DNA of 64,000 nt from the human T2T-CHM13v2.0 reference genome, Homo sapiens, in the NCBI RefSeq assembly GCF_009914755.1, contig NC_060931.1. The stretch is one strand, 5' to 3'. The notes beneath the pieces were generated by a model that worked only from the letters and a program-made list of their open reading frames with translations, was not told the origin of the DNA and ran no database searches. Positions 15,301 through 27,435 of the stretch are shown here, one piece after another. The first letter of the stretch is position 1, and each line of letters begins with the position of its first letter. A program made the translations under genes and the position numbers.

Positions 15301-15424
15301 GTAAGTGATATAGGAAATGTATTCTTTCTCAGAGTAGATAAAACATTGAGGGGGCAATTCATTGAAATAATGTTTTCTAGGTCCCATTAGATATTTTTTG
15401 GGCCTTGAAATTTTTAATATCTGT

Positions 15425-16250
15425 TTTACTTGACAAATATTTATTAAGTGCCTTTTATGTATCAAGCAATGGTAATACAGAAGGCAACAAGACTGACATG
15501 TTCCTCATCCCCATGGTATGTATATTCCAGTGGAGGGAAAACACAATAAATCATAAACAAATAAAAAAGATATTTTCAGAATGTGATAAGTGCTATAAAT
15601 AACATAAACATGACAGAAAGAGGCAAGATGAATGTGAAATGGAAGTCCTGGAGAAGGTCTTCCAGTGTGGTAACTTAGGAACTGAGATTGGAATGCCAGG
15701 AAGGATTCAGAGATGTGAAGAATTTGGGTGTTGGGGAGGAACCTGCAAAGGAAAAGGCCCTGAAAAGGGAAATGGCTGAAGAGAAACAGGAAAGAAGGCA
15801 AGGTGGAAGAGCACGGTGAATGTGGTGCAGAATAAAATTGCGGCGACAGGTAGGGACTAAATCAAGCTGAACTTTAGGGAAATGATGAGGAATTTGGGTT
15901 TTATTTTACATGAAATGAAAAACTACTAAAAGTTATTGGAAGTTACTGAAAGAGTATAATGATCTGATCAAGATTAAAAAACAAAAAGCATTCATTTTAT
16001 TGGGGGAAAAATAACAGATTAAGAAGGGGTTGGCAGTGAGAAAGGAAGAAAATCAGAAGTTACATCACATAAGCCAAGAAACAATAGTGTTTAAAAAAGA
16101 AGAAATGTCCCCCAAATGTTCCAACTGAGGACAGAGAAACTGTCCGCTAGATTTAGTCTCATGGAAGTCTTCTATGGTCTGACAAGAGCAATTTCTATGG
16201 AGTCGTGGGTAGAGAAGATGGACTAGAATATGATGGAAAGTGGATGGACT
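15425..16250 (-). mobile_element. L2 LINE remnant(s)
   Basis: acaaatatttattaagtgcc, gtgataagtgctata, gaggaatttgggttttattt, ctgacaagagcaatttctatggag. Confidence 0.75.
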
Positions 16251-19200
16251 CTCTATTTTATACTCACCTCCCCACCTCACTCCCAACACATGAAAGTGAA
16301 TGAGAAATAAAGAAATGAAGAAAGAAGATTTAGATGACTCTTTCAAGTGCTCTATGTAACCGTAGATACATGGAGATGTTGTGTATATCCAGGCTGGCAT
16401 ATCTGTGTGTTGGTTTAGCAAATACATATCAAAAATTCTTACATGAAAAGCTCCTTTATAACAAGATGTTCTCACTTTTTTAGTGACAAAATCCCATGAA
16501 TAAATCCAAAAAGAGTCTATTTTATATAAAATCCCACCCTGTTGGAAGTATTGCAAGTTTCCACTGAAATTTTTAATCTGACTTCTAGATATATTTTTGG
16601 AGTGTTGTCTATTTTGTCAGCCTGCCAGATTATGTCAAAATGTTGATATGTAATAACAGTTTATCTCGTGTTCCTTTATCCACCCTATTTACCCACCTCA
16701 GCTGTGTTAACTGTCCTTGACTGATTCCACTGCATCATTAATACTGCCATAGGGAACCGTGCCCTGATCATTCATACTGCCACTAATAGGATGCCAAGTG
16801 GATGTTTCAAAGTTGGATGCTGATGATTATCATTGCGATGTATATGACATCGCTAAGACAACATTTTCAGTCAAAAATATGGCTGCCGTTTAAGGTGTGA
16901 GCTTTTTGCCTTTTTACCTAGAAAAACAATGATATGTAAATTTCTTATTATAATTTGTATTACTCTACTCTTATTTGCTATTTGTCAACTCTGCAAGAGA
17001 CAAGGGTTGGTACAGAAAATATCATTTTATCAGAAGGAAACCTTGTCTTCTACAGTAGGTACTACCTTCTTGAGCTGATTCTGGATAATAAAGCTTGCTT
17101 CGCAATAATCCAGAGTTTTCCAAACCATATATTTGACTCCCTTTACTGACTGATATGCAAAGTTGTGTTTAACTATATGGAAAATTGTGAATCCTTTTCT
17201 TCCAAGTCTACACACTCCACTTGCTTTTCCCTTCTACCTTGAATTCATGTGCATTCCCCCAGTTTTCTGCCTTTGTAATGGAGGCTTCAGTTCTTCTGCA
17301 GCCACAGTTGCAGGAAACCCAATTGTAATCAGCAGCTGCCCTGCTGCTAAAAGCTATTAGTGCCAATGTTGTTAATGACCGACCCAGTTGAATGTGCTGA
17401 TTTAAGGGGTAGACTTATTTCTTGTCACTCCCTAGGGCCTTGTTCTTAAATGAGATTTCTACGTTGTTTAGTTGTTTACTCCTCTAGCATAAGGAGTATT
17501 AACCACTAACCACCACACTTCGTATATCAGCACGTTGAATTGAAATAATGGGGAGGTTAAGACATATCACTACCTTTGAGGTATGAAGACACGCGCCCTG
17601 AAAAAACTTGGCTCCCACCCCTAATTTTTGCCTAAAGAAGTTGGATACCACTGCAATTTGCTCTGAAGTTATACATGTTATTGTCTTCAAGGGACTATAG
17701 GATGAGAAGGGTACAGTTAGGTTTCTTTTCAGAACTAAACACATTAGCAGTAACCTGCAAAAATCAATACCAATTACTTGCAAGCAAGGGCTTAAAAAAA
17801 AAAAAATTACTGAAGCTACAGAATATGCCCATAGGTGAATGGCTTAAAACAAAGAAAATACTGGCATAGCTGGTACTCTCACAAAATAGAAGCAAAAGTA
17901 GTAAAGTTCTCTTTTATTTATTTTGGCATTTTGGTATTAATTTGTAAAAGCCAACAACTGTTATATTTAAAAAGAAAAATAAATAAAGCAGCAAATAACT
18001 CAATATAAGAAGGCTATTTTACTGTCTCCCTGGCATGACTAAGGTTTGTGTTGTCTTTCTAGCAGACATCAAGGCATTCAGAAGGTGTATGGGGATGGCT
18101 TATCTATATAAACCAGTAAACCTTTTATTCAATACCCAGACATTCTGCATGCCAATATTATGTGTTTAGTGTCTCGAGATTCTATTTAGCAGAAATTCAC
18201 TTTGAGGGGCTTGGTGAAGCCTTCAGAGGTTTAACTGTGTAGTCTCTCCTTTATTCAAAAGGCTGAAATAATATTTTTCCGGTTTCTGGAATTCTTAAGC
18301 TTGCATTTCAGATTAAACTATCGCAGAGAGTAGAATTTCTTCCTTCCTTGTCTTCTAGTAGTAAAGATGGGGCACATATCTGTAAGATGTGGACCCAGAA
18401 ACTCTACTCTCAAGTCTGGCTATGATGACGAAGTCTTGAGAAGCTAGTAAGCCTTGCTACCTCATTCAAGTCCACGGTAGAGTTGTGTATGAATGTATGG
18501 AGAGGTGGGGGAAGTTCCAAATACTACAGAATTTCCCCATAGTTAACAGCCCTGCTTACCAAACAATTGAGGCCATGTGGAAATGGTACCTATCATTAAA
18601 TCTCACATCAGAAGGAACGAGTTTTGGCATGTCTGTATCGCCAATATGAGTATCAAAAAAGGTAACTGTGGATCTTCTTGGACAGTCATTTTCCTGGACT
18701 TCAGTTTGGTCCTCCCTGGTCATAAAATGATATGATTCTTAATACTTGAAAAAATTGTCCCAAAACACAATATCACCCAAAAAAACCCTCTTTTACCAGC
18801 TTCCTTTTTTTTTCTTTAATTGCAGAGCCTCAAATCGATATTTAAGAAGTAAGAGAAGTGAATGGTGGTCACACAATGCCTGAAAAAGAAAGCTCTGAGT
18901 AGTTGTCTGGGGGACACTAGAAACAAAAGAAGTGTGTCACGTGATACCATAATGGCATCCAGCACTTTCCATATAGGGAAGGCAGACAGGGAAAAGAAAA
19001 TTTTGCTTAACGTGGATTGAGGAAGTAGTGGACTCAAGTAATGGAAAGGAAATGAATTTTACAGTATTCTGAGGTACTGGTAAATTTACTTGCTACGGAT
19101 TATACTGAAGGTAAAATGCTGCTTAAATAGAGTCTAAGATTTTATGTATCAAATATTTACCTAATTTTTAAAGCATTAAAAATGTTAGGATTCAATAGTT

Positions 19201-19689
19201 ATAGTTACTTTCATCCTTTGAAACAAAAATAATTCTTGTTTCAATTTTATATGTTGAGCTGTTAAAAGAAAATTGAAAGAGGCAAACAATATATACTTAT
19301 TTGTCTCTATGGGTTTGTGCAGTTTATAGATATCCTGAGCAGTGCTTCTAGTGAGCGTTCTTAGTAGCACCAGGTTGGTTGTTAATGGAGTATTGACCCA
19401 GCAATTTACTGGGGCAAGCCCTTCTGCTCTACTCAGAGTTGATGTGTTTTATATTATAATTGCATCTAATACCTTATTTTACAACTTCAATTAATATAGT
19501 TGGGTAGAACTCGAAGAAAGTTTATAACAAAGCTATGAATAGAGTAATTCATTATTATAAAAGTGTACTTTGAGAGGAGAAACTAGGATTGTTTTTCCTC
19601 AGAAAGAAAACACTGATGTATGATAATAGTATTCTCCAATAAAATTAAAAATAAACATCTAAAGAGACATAACATTTCTGTTGAGAATA

Positions 19690-20290
19690 GAAAACCTGCA
19701 CTCGCTGTCTGCAAACACTGGGATAATATCTTTCACAAAATGTTTATAATCCAGATAAAAAGAGAAGATATATATGTGCAAATCAAGAGAAGAAATGAAA
19801 TAGAGAAGAAATGAGAGAAGAGATGACAACCACTAAACAAAGAGTGGAGAGAGAGAAGTGCTCTGACAGTTGGAGGGCAACAGAGATCTCTCTGCACTGA
19901 GGAGGCCAAGGAAGGCTTTTTAAAAAGATGATATGGGGTGTGGGTGTTGAAGATAGAAGGTGGGATGTAAAATATAAGAAAAAGGGCAAAGTTTTTGCAC
20001 GAAACCTTAAGGTGACCATTCTCACTTCGGTTCCTTGGTTTTTGTGGAGGGATAGTAGGTAGTAAAATTAGGGTGAGAACTTTGAGGATAGATTGAGGGT
20101 AGTAATTTACATCAGGCTAAGGAGTTGTAGGCATTCTCCTATAAGCCAGGCAATAGAAGGCCATCAGAAGTTTACAAGCTGGGATATAATATGACTTTTA
20201 TAAACAGCAATATGCCAGTTGTGTGAAGGATGAGTTTAGAGAAAGACTGAAGCTGAGAACACTAAGAAAATGTTTTAACAGTGATAGGGA
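19690..20290 (-). mobile_element. Probable L2 remnant
   Basis: ggaggccaaggaaggctt, caggctaaggagtt, gcaatagaaggccatcagaagttt; highly diverged. Confidence 0.45.
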
Positions 20291-20988
20291 AAAAGTAATT
20301 GGATATTTTGGCTGAACTCCTTAATAGAAATAATGAAAGGAACACAAAAGGAAAACACAAAATCTAGTTCAATGAATACTTAAAATTTATAAGTGATAGT
20401 ATAATCCTATAATTTATTCTGAATTAAGAATCCATAATTCTGATTCTATAATTGGAACTATCCCAGAATTCTATGTCCTATTTGACATTAGTTTGACTTA
20501 AAGATTGGCTTATGTCTCAATCAATCAATTTGATGGTGACCAAGAATTTCCTTTCAATTTACAGTTTAATACTGGCCAGAGAATGGAAAGTAAAAAGCCA
20601 TAGCACATGCTATATATATGATCCATAGACTTATCAAATTCAAATTTAATGGGGAGTCTAAAACAGCTATTTGGCATTTATACCCCAGGTTTTTTCTAAT
20701 ATTTTATCAGAGATATCAAAGAGACTTCAAACTCAATTCACTGACTGATATAAACAGCAAGCTATTTCAACAGATAGAGAACGCTGGGATAAAGAAAAAG
20801 GGCTTGGAATTTTTTTGAAGTGAAAAAATATGTGTAAAAAATGCATTTCTAATAGTCACAGGACAAAAGTGGACAGAATTTCCCATTACAGTAAAATTTA
20901 ATGAATTCAGTTGGTTCTTTTAACCATCATATGGTCTCATCAAGAAATAAGAAAGAATATCATTAAGTGGATATCCCCCTTTACATAA

Positions 20989-21212
<224 letters not shown>

Positions 21213-21467
21213 ATAAAATCTGAATACATAATACATTTTAAGGACTGAAATCCCTTCTATAATAACTTTAGTAATTACTCACTGTTGATGAAAAATATCC
21301 TAGGCCAAAAGTTTTCTCTGTTTGCCCCAAGCAGATGGAGTAAGGGCTCTGAGTCAACCTGACTTCCCTCTGCATGGTGTCAAGCACTCTGTGGCTTCAT
21401 GGCCTTGCAATCCAGTTAATCCCTAGGAACCAAAGTTACCCAAGTGGTTGTGTAAGTTGTACATAAT

Positions 21468-21523
21468 AAATGTAAAGTGCTTAGCATAGCACATAAAATG
21501 TAAAGTGCTTAACATAGCACATA
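21468..21523. repeat. 28-bp tandem duplication within a MIR 3' remnant
   Basis: aaatgtaaagtgctt(a/g)..atagcacata unit occurs twice head to tail with one mismatch. Confidence 0.85.
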
Positions 21524-22339
21524 ACAAAAAAAATTGTTGAGTAAACGAATATTTTGCTCTAAATAGTGTGGGCCACAAGATCTACTAAACAAATTAGATT
21601 GTAAAACTTCTCAAGGGATATCCTCGGTGTATTTGGTAGAGGAAAGAGGAAAGAGATTTGTAAAATGATTGAAATATGTTACTTACCTTTAGGATTTTTT
21701 TTCTTGCCAAGCTTTGGGTTTTGAACTTGCGGAATCTTAGAGTCACAGGAAGAAGAAATAGATAGCTCTTGTAGTGCTGGCTATAGTCTCATAGAGCCCA
21801 AAAAGGTAGGAAGGAGATGATTTAGAAAGTATGAGAGGGTAGAATGCCAGGGAGGTTTCTGACCAGTTGTTTTCCAGGCCAAAGCAAGTAATGCAATGAC
21901 TTCTTGTATTAAACCCATCATTTATTTAATCAAAGATAAAGCATATTTCTATTATTTCTATAATAATAGAAATTCTACAAGAAAGGAGAGAAACCTTTAA
22001 GTTTTCCCTAAAGAAAGCCATTCTTCCTATTCTTATGATTTCTGATGCTAGCTACACTGCTTTCAAAACACACGATCCTTTAGGGTACAGAGGAGAGAAA
22101 AGGAATTCGTTTAAAACATGATTTTCTATGTAGATCATCAACGAATGAAGAAAGAAACTAGAAAAAAGGGGGAAGAAATGGGTGAATGTAGTATACTTAT
22201 TTCAGATATGAAGATGTGCTTCCAGGTACAGCACTAGAGGTACAAATTCATTCTAGAGCTTTGTTCACTGCTACTTACTATCTCTGGAACTACAGTCACT
22301 GCAGAACCAGGGCATTGAAGCCCAAGGTTAATACAGATT

Positions 22340-22695
22340 GTAGGGAGCAGACAAAATTGGATTGAAGTCCAGATTTCCTTGTTTTCTAACTGGAAGGGGC
22401 TTGGGCATTTCATTTAATACCACTAAGTTTCAATTTATCCATATGTAAAATGAGCCTCATAGAGGTGTTATAAGGAATCATAGATTACTGCATTCTTCCA
22501 TTCTATGACATAGGCACATTTCACATTTTAATTGGGATGATTCTTAAAATCAATGGCACATCTTTTTTGGAAGTGCCACATAAAGTCATGAGGCATCAAA
22601 CAATAAATTCTATCTTAATTTGATAAAATACATGAAGGTAATAAAGGCAAAGTGCCTCTGACAACATCTGGCATCTAATAAGCACCAGCAAATTG
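22340..22695 (+). mobile_element. MIR interrupted by a probable MER104-like (Tc2/mariner class) MITE at about 22488-22632
   Basis: MIR core (aagtttcaatttatccatatgtaaaatg ... aaagtgcc ... tggcatctaataagcac) split by tttcacattttaa...gggatgattcttaaaatcaatggc...tcttaatttgataaaatac. Confidence 0.5.
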
Positions 22696-23534
22696 TTTTG
22701 GGGTGATGCTCAGTGCTGTTGCTATTACCCCATGCTACACCACTCAGGGAAGCATCTCTTTCTTCATAAATGTTCACTGATACTCCAGCTCAAGTGAATG
22801 CAGTCTAGTGCGTATTTTGTGAAAGAGTAATTAAAGTCTTAAATGTCCTAGTTTCTCTAATCATCTAAAATATCATACTTTTAATATAAAAATAATAATA
22901 CCTTAAAAATGAAATGATACATCTTTGGAACATTTATCACCTTCAAAGGACTTGCAATCCTCCTACATAATAATGGTACTATATTACTTAGTTCTTGGGT
23001 ATGAAGAGTCTGTACTGCACATAGCACTCTGCTAGGCACGAGTTTTCCTTGTTTTTTCTAATACAACTTTGATATGACCTAATTTCACCACCAAAAAAAC
23101 CAGCACCATATGGCAAGTTCCCCATTTCCCCTAAAATAATTTATTGAGCCTTTAGTGTGTCCAAGTGACTGAACTCTTTATGCTGAATTTTTCTCAAGAT
23201 TTCTTCAGGACATCAGAACATAATGCAGATTTTTTTTCAGGTGGCCCTCTACCAACTGGATATGAAATTGGATCAGCTGGAGGCAAGAACAGATGGGGTT
23301 GAGCAGCAGATGGAAAGATCCTGTTTAGGATATGCAGAATCACTCTGGCAAAATCAATCATGCCACAGGAGTTAGTTTCAGTTTGATGAAAGAAAATGAA
23401 CTCAAGTAGACAACTGAGTTACCGGGAAATTAATACGAGCTCACACTTTAGAAAGTCTTGATTAAGTGTCAATAAGACAGATGAGCTAATGATGTTGAAT
23501 TAAAAGTCTTAAATGTCACGTTTGTCAGTGATCA

Positions 23535-23740
23535 TAATAGCTCTCCATATTTAGTGCTTACCCTTTACCAGGCATTTCAGGTACAGATCTCATTCAATCC
23601 TTACAAAAACCCTGTGAGACAGGCATTTTTCCGATATCACAAATGCTTAAATGGAAGTTCTAAGTAAATTGATCAAGGTCATAGGACTCTAGGTAACAGA
23701 AACAGGATTGGAACTTGTCTGGCTAGCTGGAAAGCCCACA
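23535..23740 (-). mobile_element. MIR SINE remnant
   Basis: atctcattcaatccttacaaaaaccctgtgag, taagtaaattgatcaaggtcata, aggattggaac. Confidence 0.7.
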
Positions 23741-24209
23741 CAAATCATGAACACTCTACTACTTTCCAGTGTTAAATGATGTGTATACAAGAACAATTGG
23801 AGGAGCATACGGTCAACTTTCAGATATCCTAAGGTCCTTTCCACAGTAACAATTGGAACAGGCCTGTGATGGTCAGAGTGACCACTGGGCATCTGCTTGA
23901 ATCTTTGTGGGGAATACAGAGCAGCGAGGGGGGCCACATGGTCCCCAGTAAAGCAGAGGTCACAGGTGTCACATACAGGCTCTGGTGAATCCCACGGAGT
24001 CCCTGTAGAAATCTCACGTCTGCTTACCCCGAGAAGGTCTCCCAGAATCCTGGAGCTGCCTTGCTCCAGAAGTGGATCTCCATAGCAACCTTAGGCCAAA
24101 AGAGTCTCATGCACCCGTTCTAGTCCAAACATGCTATGATGGACTTTGTTTCCATGGGGCATTCAATACATATGTGAATCTGAGATTGTGAGTGGCTTGG
24201 AGTACGTAC

Positions 24210-24585
24210 TGTCTCAGTCCATTCGGGTTGCTATTAAAAAAAAAAAAAAACATAAACTAGGTGGCTTATAAACAACAGGAATTCATTTCTCACGGCTCTG
24301 GAGGCTGGGAAGTCCAAGACCTGCCAAGGTATTGGTGGATCTGGTGTCTGGTGAGGGGGAGTTTTCTGTTCATAGATGGCTCTTTCTAGCTGTGACTTTT
24401 CATGGCAGAGGGGAAAATGCACTCTCTGGGGCCTCTTGTATAAGGTCACTAATACCATATGTAAAGGCTCTGCATCTCATGACCTACTTCCCCCCCAAAA
24501 GGCCCCACTTCCTAACATCACTTTGGGTGTTAAGATTTCAGCATATTAATTTGGTGGGGGTCACATAAACATCCAATCCACTACA
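24210..24585 (-). mobile_element. MaLR solo LTR (MLT1A-like)
   Basis: tgtctcagtccattcgggttgcta ... tctggaggctgggaagtccaag ... tggtgtctggtgaggg ... aacatccaatccactaca; TG...CA termini. Confidence 0.85.
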
Positions 24586-25459
24586 TCTACTTTCTTCAAA
24601 ACTGTAGGCAAGCTGTAAAGAAGGGAAAATCATTTCAGCCCAAGTATTCGCCCTGCTTTAACTTTGGAGCAAAAGCAGGAAATAGAAGGAACTTATCATT
24701 CATTGACTGCCTACTATTTGCCAAGCATGGAAAGACCATATAATGGGTTGGAGGGAAAATAAGATAAAAGTCTGAGCAACAGATGGAAACACATCTGCCA
24801 GGTGCCATGCTCTGTACGCATTACTTCATTCCATACAGCATTCTCTTGTATTAGTGAGTTCCTGCTGACTGCTACGTTACTTTTTCTTCTCAGCCAAATG
24901 TTCAAGAAGCAGGTACTGGTTATGAGTAAGCATGGTGAAAACCCATTTTCTAAGAAACAGAAGAGATGGCAAGTGTATCCTCTCAAAGAAGTAAATTTTG
25001 TTTTCTGCCTTATTTTTCTCAAACAAAACAAGCTTTTACCAGTTGCATTACCATAGCCTTGCTATCTATACATAGGTATCACAGAAATCTTAATCTTTGA
25101 GTTTTCAAGTTAGAGGAATTCTTATTAAGCATGAGAGTTAATAATCTCCTGAGACACAAATATGCCTGGTAATATGAGAACAATAAATGTTTGTTGGGTC
25201 CAAACATGAATTAAAGCTGTATATGTTATGCCTTAAAGACATTAAATTAATCATAAATTATAGTGATTAATTACATTAAAACAGTAGCATTATGAATACA
25301 CAAGATACAAGTTTCAGTTTAAGGAAAAACCATATTTTAATAATCCCCAAGTACGCCTGTATTCTGAGACACTAAAAATAATTATATGCTACTAACTATA
25401 CCTTGAAAACGCATACACTCTTACTGAAGACACAGAAATGAACAGAACAGAACTAAAAA

Positions 25460-25650
25460 TTGAATACATTTTGTGACACATGATTTTTTTCATTGTAATA
25501 TTTCTGAAATTTGGATGCATCTTGGAATCTATGACATCTTATAGTTGCCTTCAGCCAGGTGGCAGTCGTGATGTCACAAGCAATGCTTGCATGTAGGAGA
25601 ACAACGTGTAAGACACATGTCAGCATCTTGCAAGAAAACCTCAGAGTCAA
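25460..25650. mobile_element. Probable Tc2/Kanga (MER104-related) DNA transposon relic
   Basis: tctgaaatttggatgcatcttggaatctatg followed by gccaggtggcagtcgtgatg; called from remembered consensus. Confidence 0.4.
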
Positions 25651-25840
25651 TTACAGACCACTCTTATTATTCCTAGGACCTACTTGTTTTGAAAGAAGAT
25701 GGGTGAGACGATGTATTATATATGTTTAACATACAGGAAGCAAAAGTAAAAAAAGAAGTCTAGTTCTATGTCATTGCCAAATGACTTAAGAGTCTAGCAC
25801 CACAGCATTTTAGTTGCTTAACAGATTTAAATGTTACATT

Positions 25841-25948
25841 GCGCTTGCTTTGGCAGCACATATGCTAACACTGGACCAATACAGGGAAGATCAGCAAGGC
25901 CCCTGCACAAGAATGACACATAAATGCATAAAGATTCCATATTTTTTT
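25841..25948 (+). pseudogene. Full-length U6 snRNA retropseudogene (5' half of a U6/L1 chimera)
   Basis: Colinear with U6: gcgcttgctttggcagcacatat...atacagggaagatcagcaaggcccctgcacaag..tgacac...ttccatattttttt; the ACAGAGA box is mutated to ACAGGGA. Confidence 0.93.
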
Positions 25949-26090
25949 GGAACACAAAGGATAAATGCTTCAGGGGATTGACACCCAATTTTCCATGATG
26001 TGACTGTTACACATGGCATACCTGCACCAAAATATCTCATGTACCCCATGAATATATACACCTACAATGTACCCACGACATTAAAAATAA
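25949..26090 (+). mobile_element. L1MA-type extreme 3' end fused directly to U6
   Basis: aacacaaaggataaatgctt...ttttccatgatgtga...aaaatatctcatgtacccca...tgtacccac...ttaaaaataa. Confidence 0.85.
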
Positions 26091-26149
26091 GTTAACATTT
26101 TTTAAGGAAATATTACCTCATCTTATCTCTTGATGGCATAGAAATTTAT

Positions 26150-27045
26150 ATTTTAAAACTGTTATATATAATTATATAATTTTATAATCATACAATTATA
26201 TTTTTATATTTTTAAATAAATATATAATTTAATTATATAAACATTTAATTAAATTATACATTTAATTATATAAACATTTAATTAAATTATACATTTAATT
26301 ATATATTAACTATGTAATTTAATTGTATGTTTTATATATTTATTATATAATATAGATCCATTATCTATATTTATACATATATCTATATACATAATATATT
26401 TAATATATATTATTTATACAGAATTATATATAATTAGGCTTAATAACTCTGAGTCAAAAACGTGATTCAAAGAGTCAAACTCTACATGAAAGGAAGTTTC
26501 AGAAATATCTCACCCAATTAACTTTGCTTATATTTTATTTTAAGTATATTTAATTATATTTCAATATATTTTTATATTTCAATATATTATATTGAAATAT
26601 ATTATATTGAAATATATTGAAATATATATTTTTACATTTCAATATATTATATTTTTATATTTTTATATAAAGCAATATATAAAATTATATTTCAATATAT
26701 TTCAATATATTATATTTCATATTATATTTCAATATATTTCAAGATATTGTTTTTATATTTTTAAATAAATATTTTATAATTTAATGACATATAAACATTT
26801 AATTAAATTGTACATTTAATTATATATTAACTATGTAATTTAATTATATATAGTTATATATATTTATTCTATAATATAGATCCATTATATTTATACATAT
26901 TTTATATGTTATTTATACAGAATTATATGTAATTAGGCTTAATAACTCTGAGTCAAAAACATGATTCAAAGAGTCAGACTCTACATGAAAGGAAGTTTCA
27001 GAAATATCTCACCCAATTTATTTTGTTTATATTTTATTTTTGTGT
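26150..27045. repeat. Extremely AT-rich block containing a ~0.3-kb direct duplication (about 26200-26541 and 26750-27040)
   Basis: Complex sequence aattaggcttaataactctgagtcaaaaac.tgattcaaagagtca.actctacatgaaaggaagtttcagaaatatctcacccaatt occurs at 26432 and 26931. Confidence 0.92.
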
Positions 27046-27284
27046 ATATGCAATAAATAATTTAAAAATTTATAATCAAGCTGAAAAGAGTTCTTTCAGC
27101 AAGCACAAAATTTTCCAGTGATTAAAATTTACTGAGTCCGTTTATTTGGTGGTATTTTTCTTAGGTTTTTTTTTTTTTTCATGAAACAATGATAACTGCT
27201 AGCATCGTAGATACAACAAAATAGGGGTATAAAAATATGCGGGAACATGAGGAGATGGTATACAAATCTACAGAGGCATGAAAC

Positions 27285-27435
27285 AATAGAAATTAGCGCC
27301 AATCTGGAAGTTAGGAGATAGAGATCCCAGGCTTGGTTCCATAATTAAGGAGCTGCGTGATCTTGAGCAAGTCACTTAATCTCTCCGAGCTTCATCCATA
27401 AAATAAGGAGCTGTGATAGATAATTTCCGAGCTCC
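27285..27435 (+). mobile_element. MIR SINE remnant
   Basis: gctgcgtgatcttgagcaagtcacttaatctctccgagcttc core. Confidence 0.75.

Noticed and set aside
17499-17783. 94-aa minus-strand ORF with a hydrophobic N-terminus
   Set aside because: Non-ATG start and no recognisable domain; the region is kept only as a candidate non-coding element
21683-21740. Strong minus-strand splice donor (AAG|GTAAGT) as a lncRNA exon end; also micro-exon-like sites near 13113-13130 and 22133-22181
   Set aside because: Isolated splice-like motifs are expected by chance in 64 kb, and no consistent exon chain could be built
25841-25948. Functional U6 gene
   Set aside because: Mutated ACAGAGA box, many substitutions, no evident PSE/TATA promoter and an L1 fusion
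26150-27045. CRISPR-like or satellite array
   Set aside because: No constant repeat with unique spacers; it is low-complexity AT sequence plus one duplication in a human context
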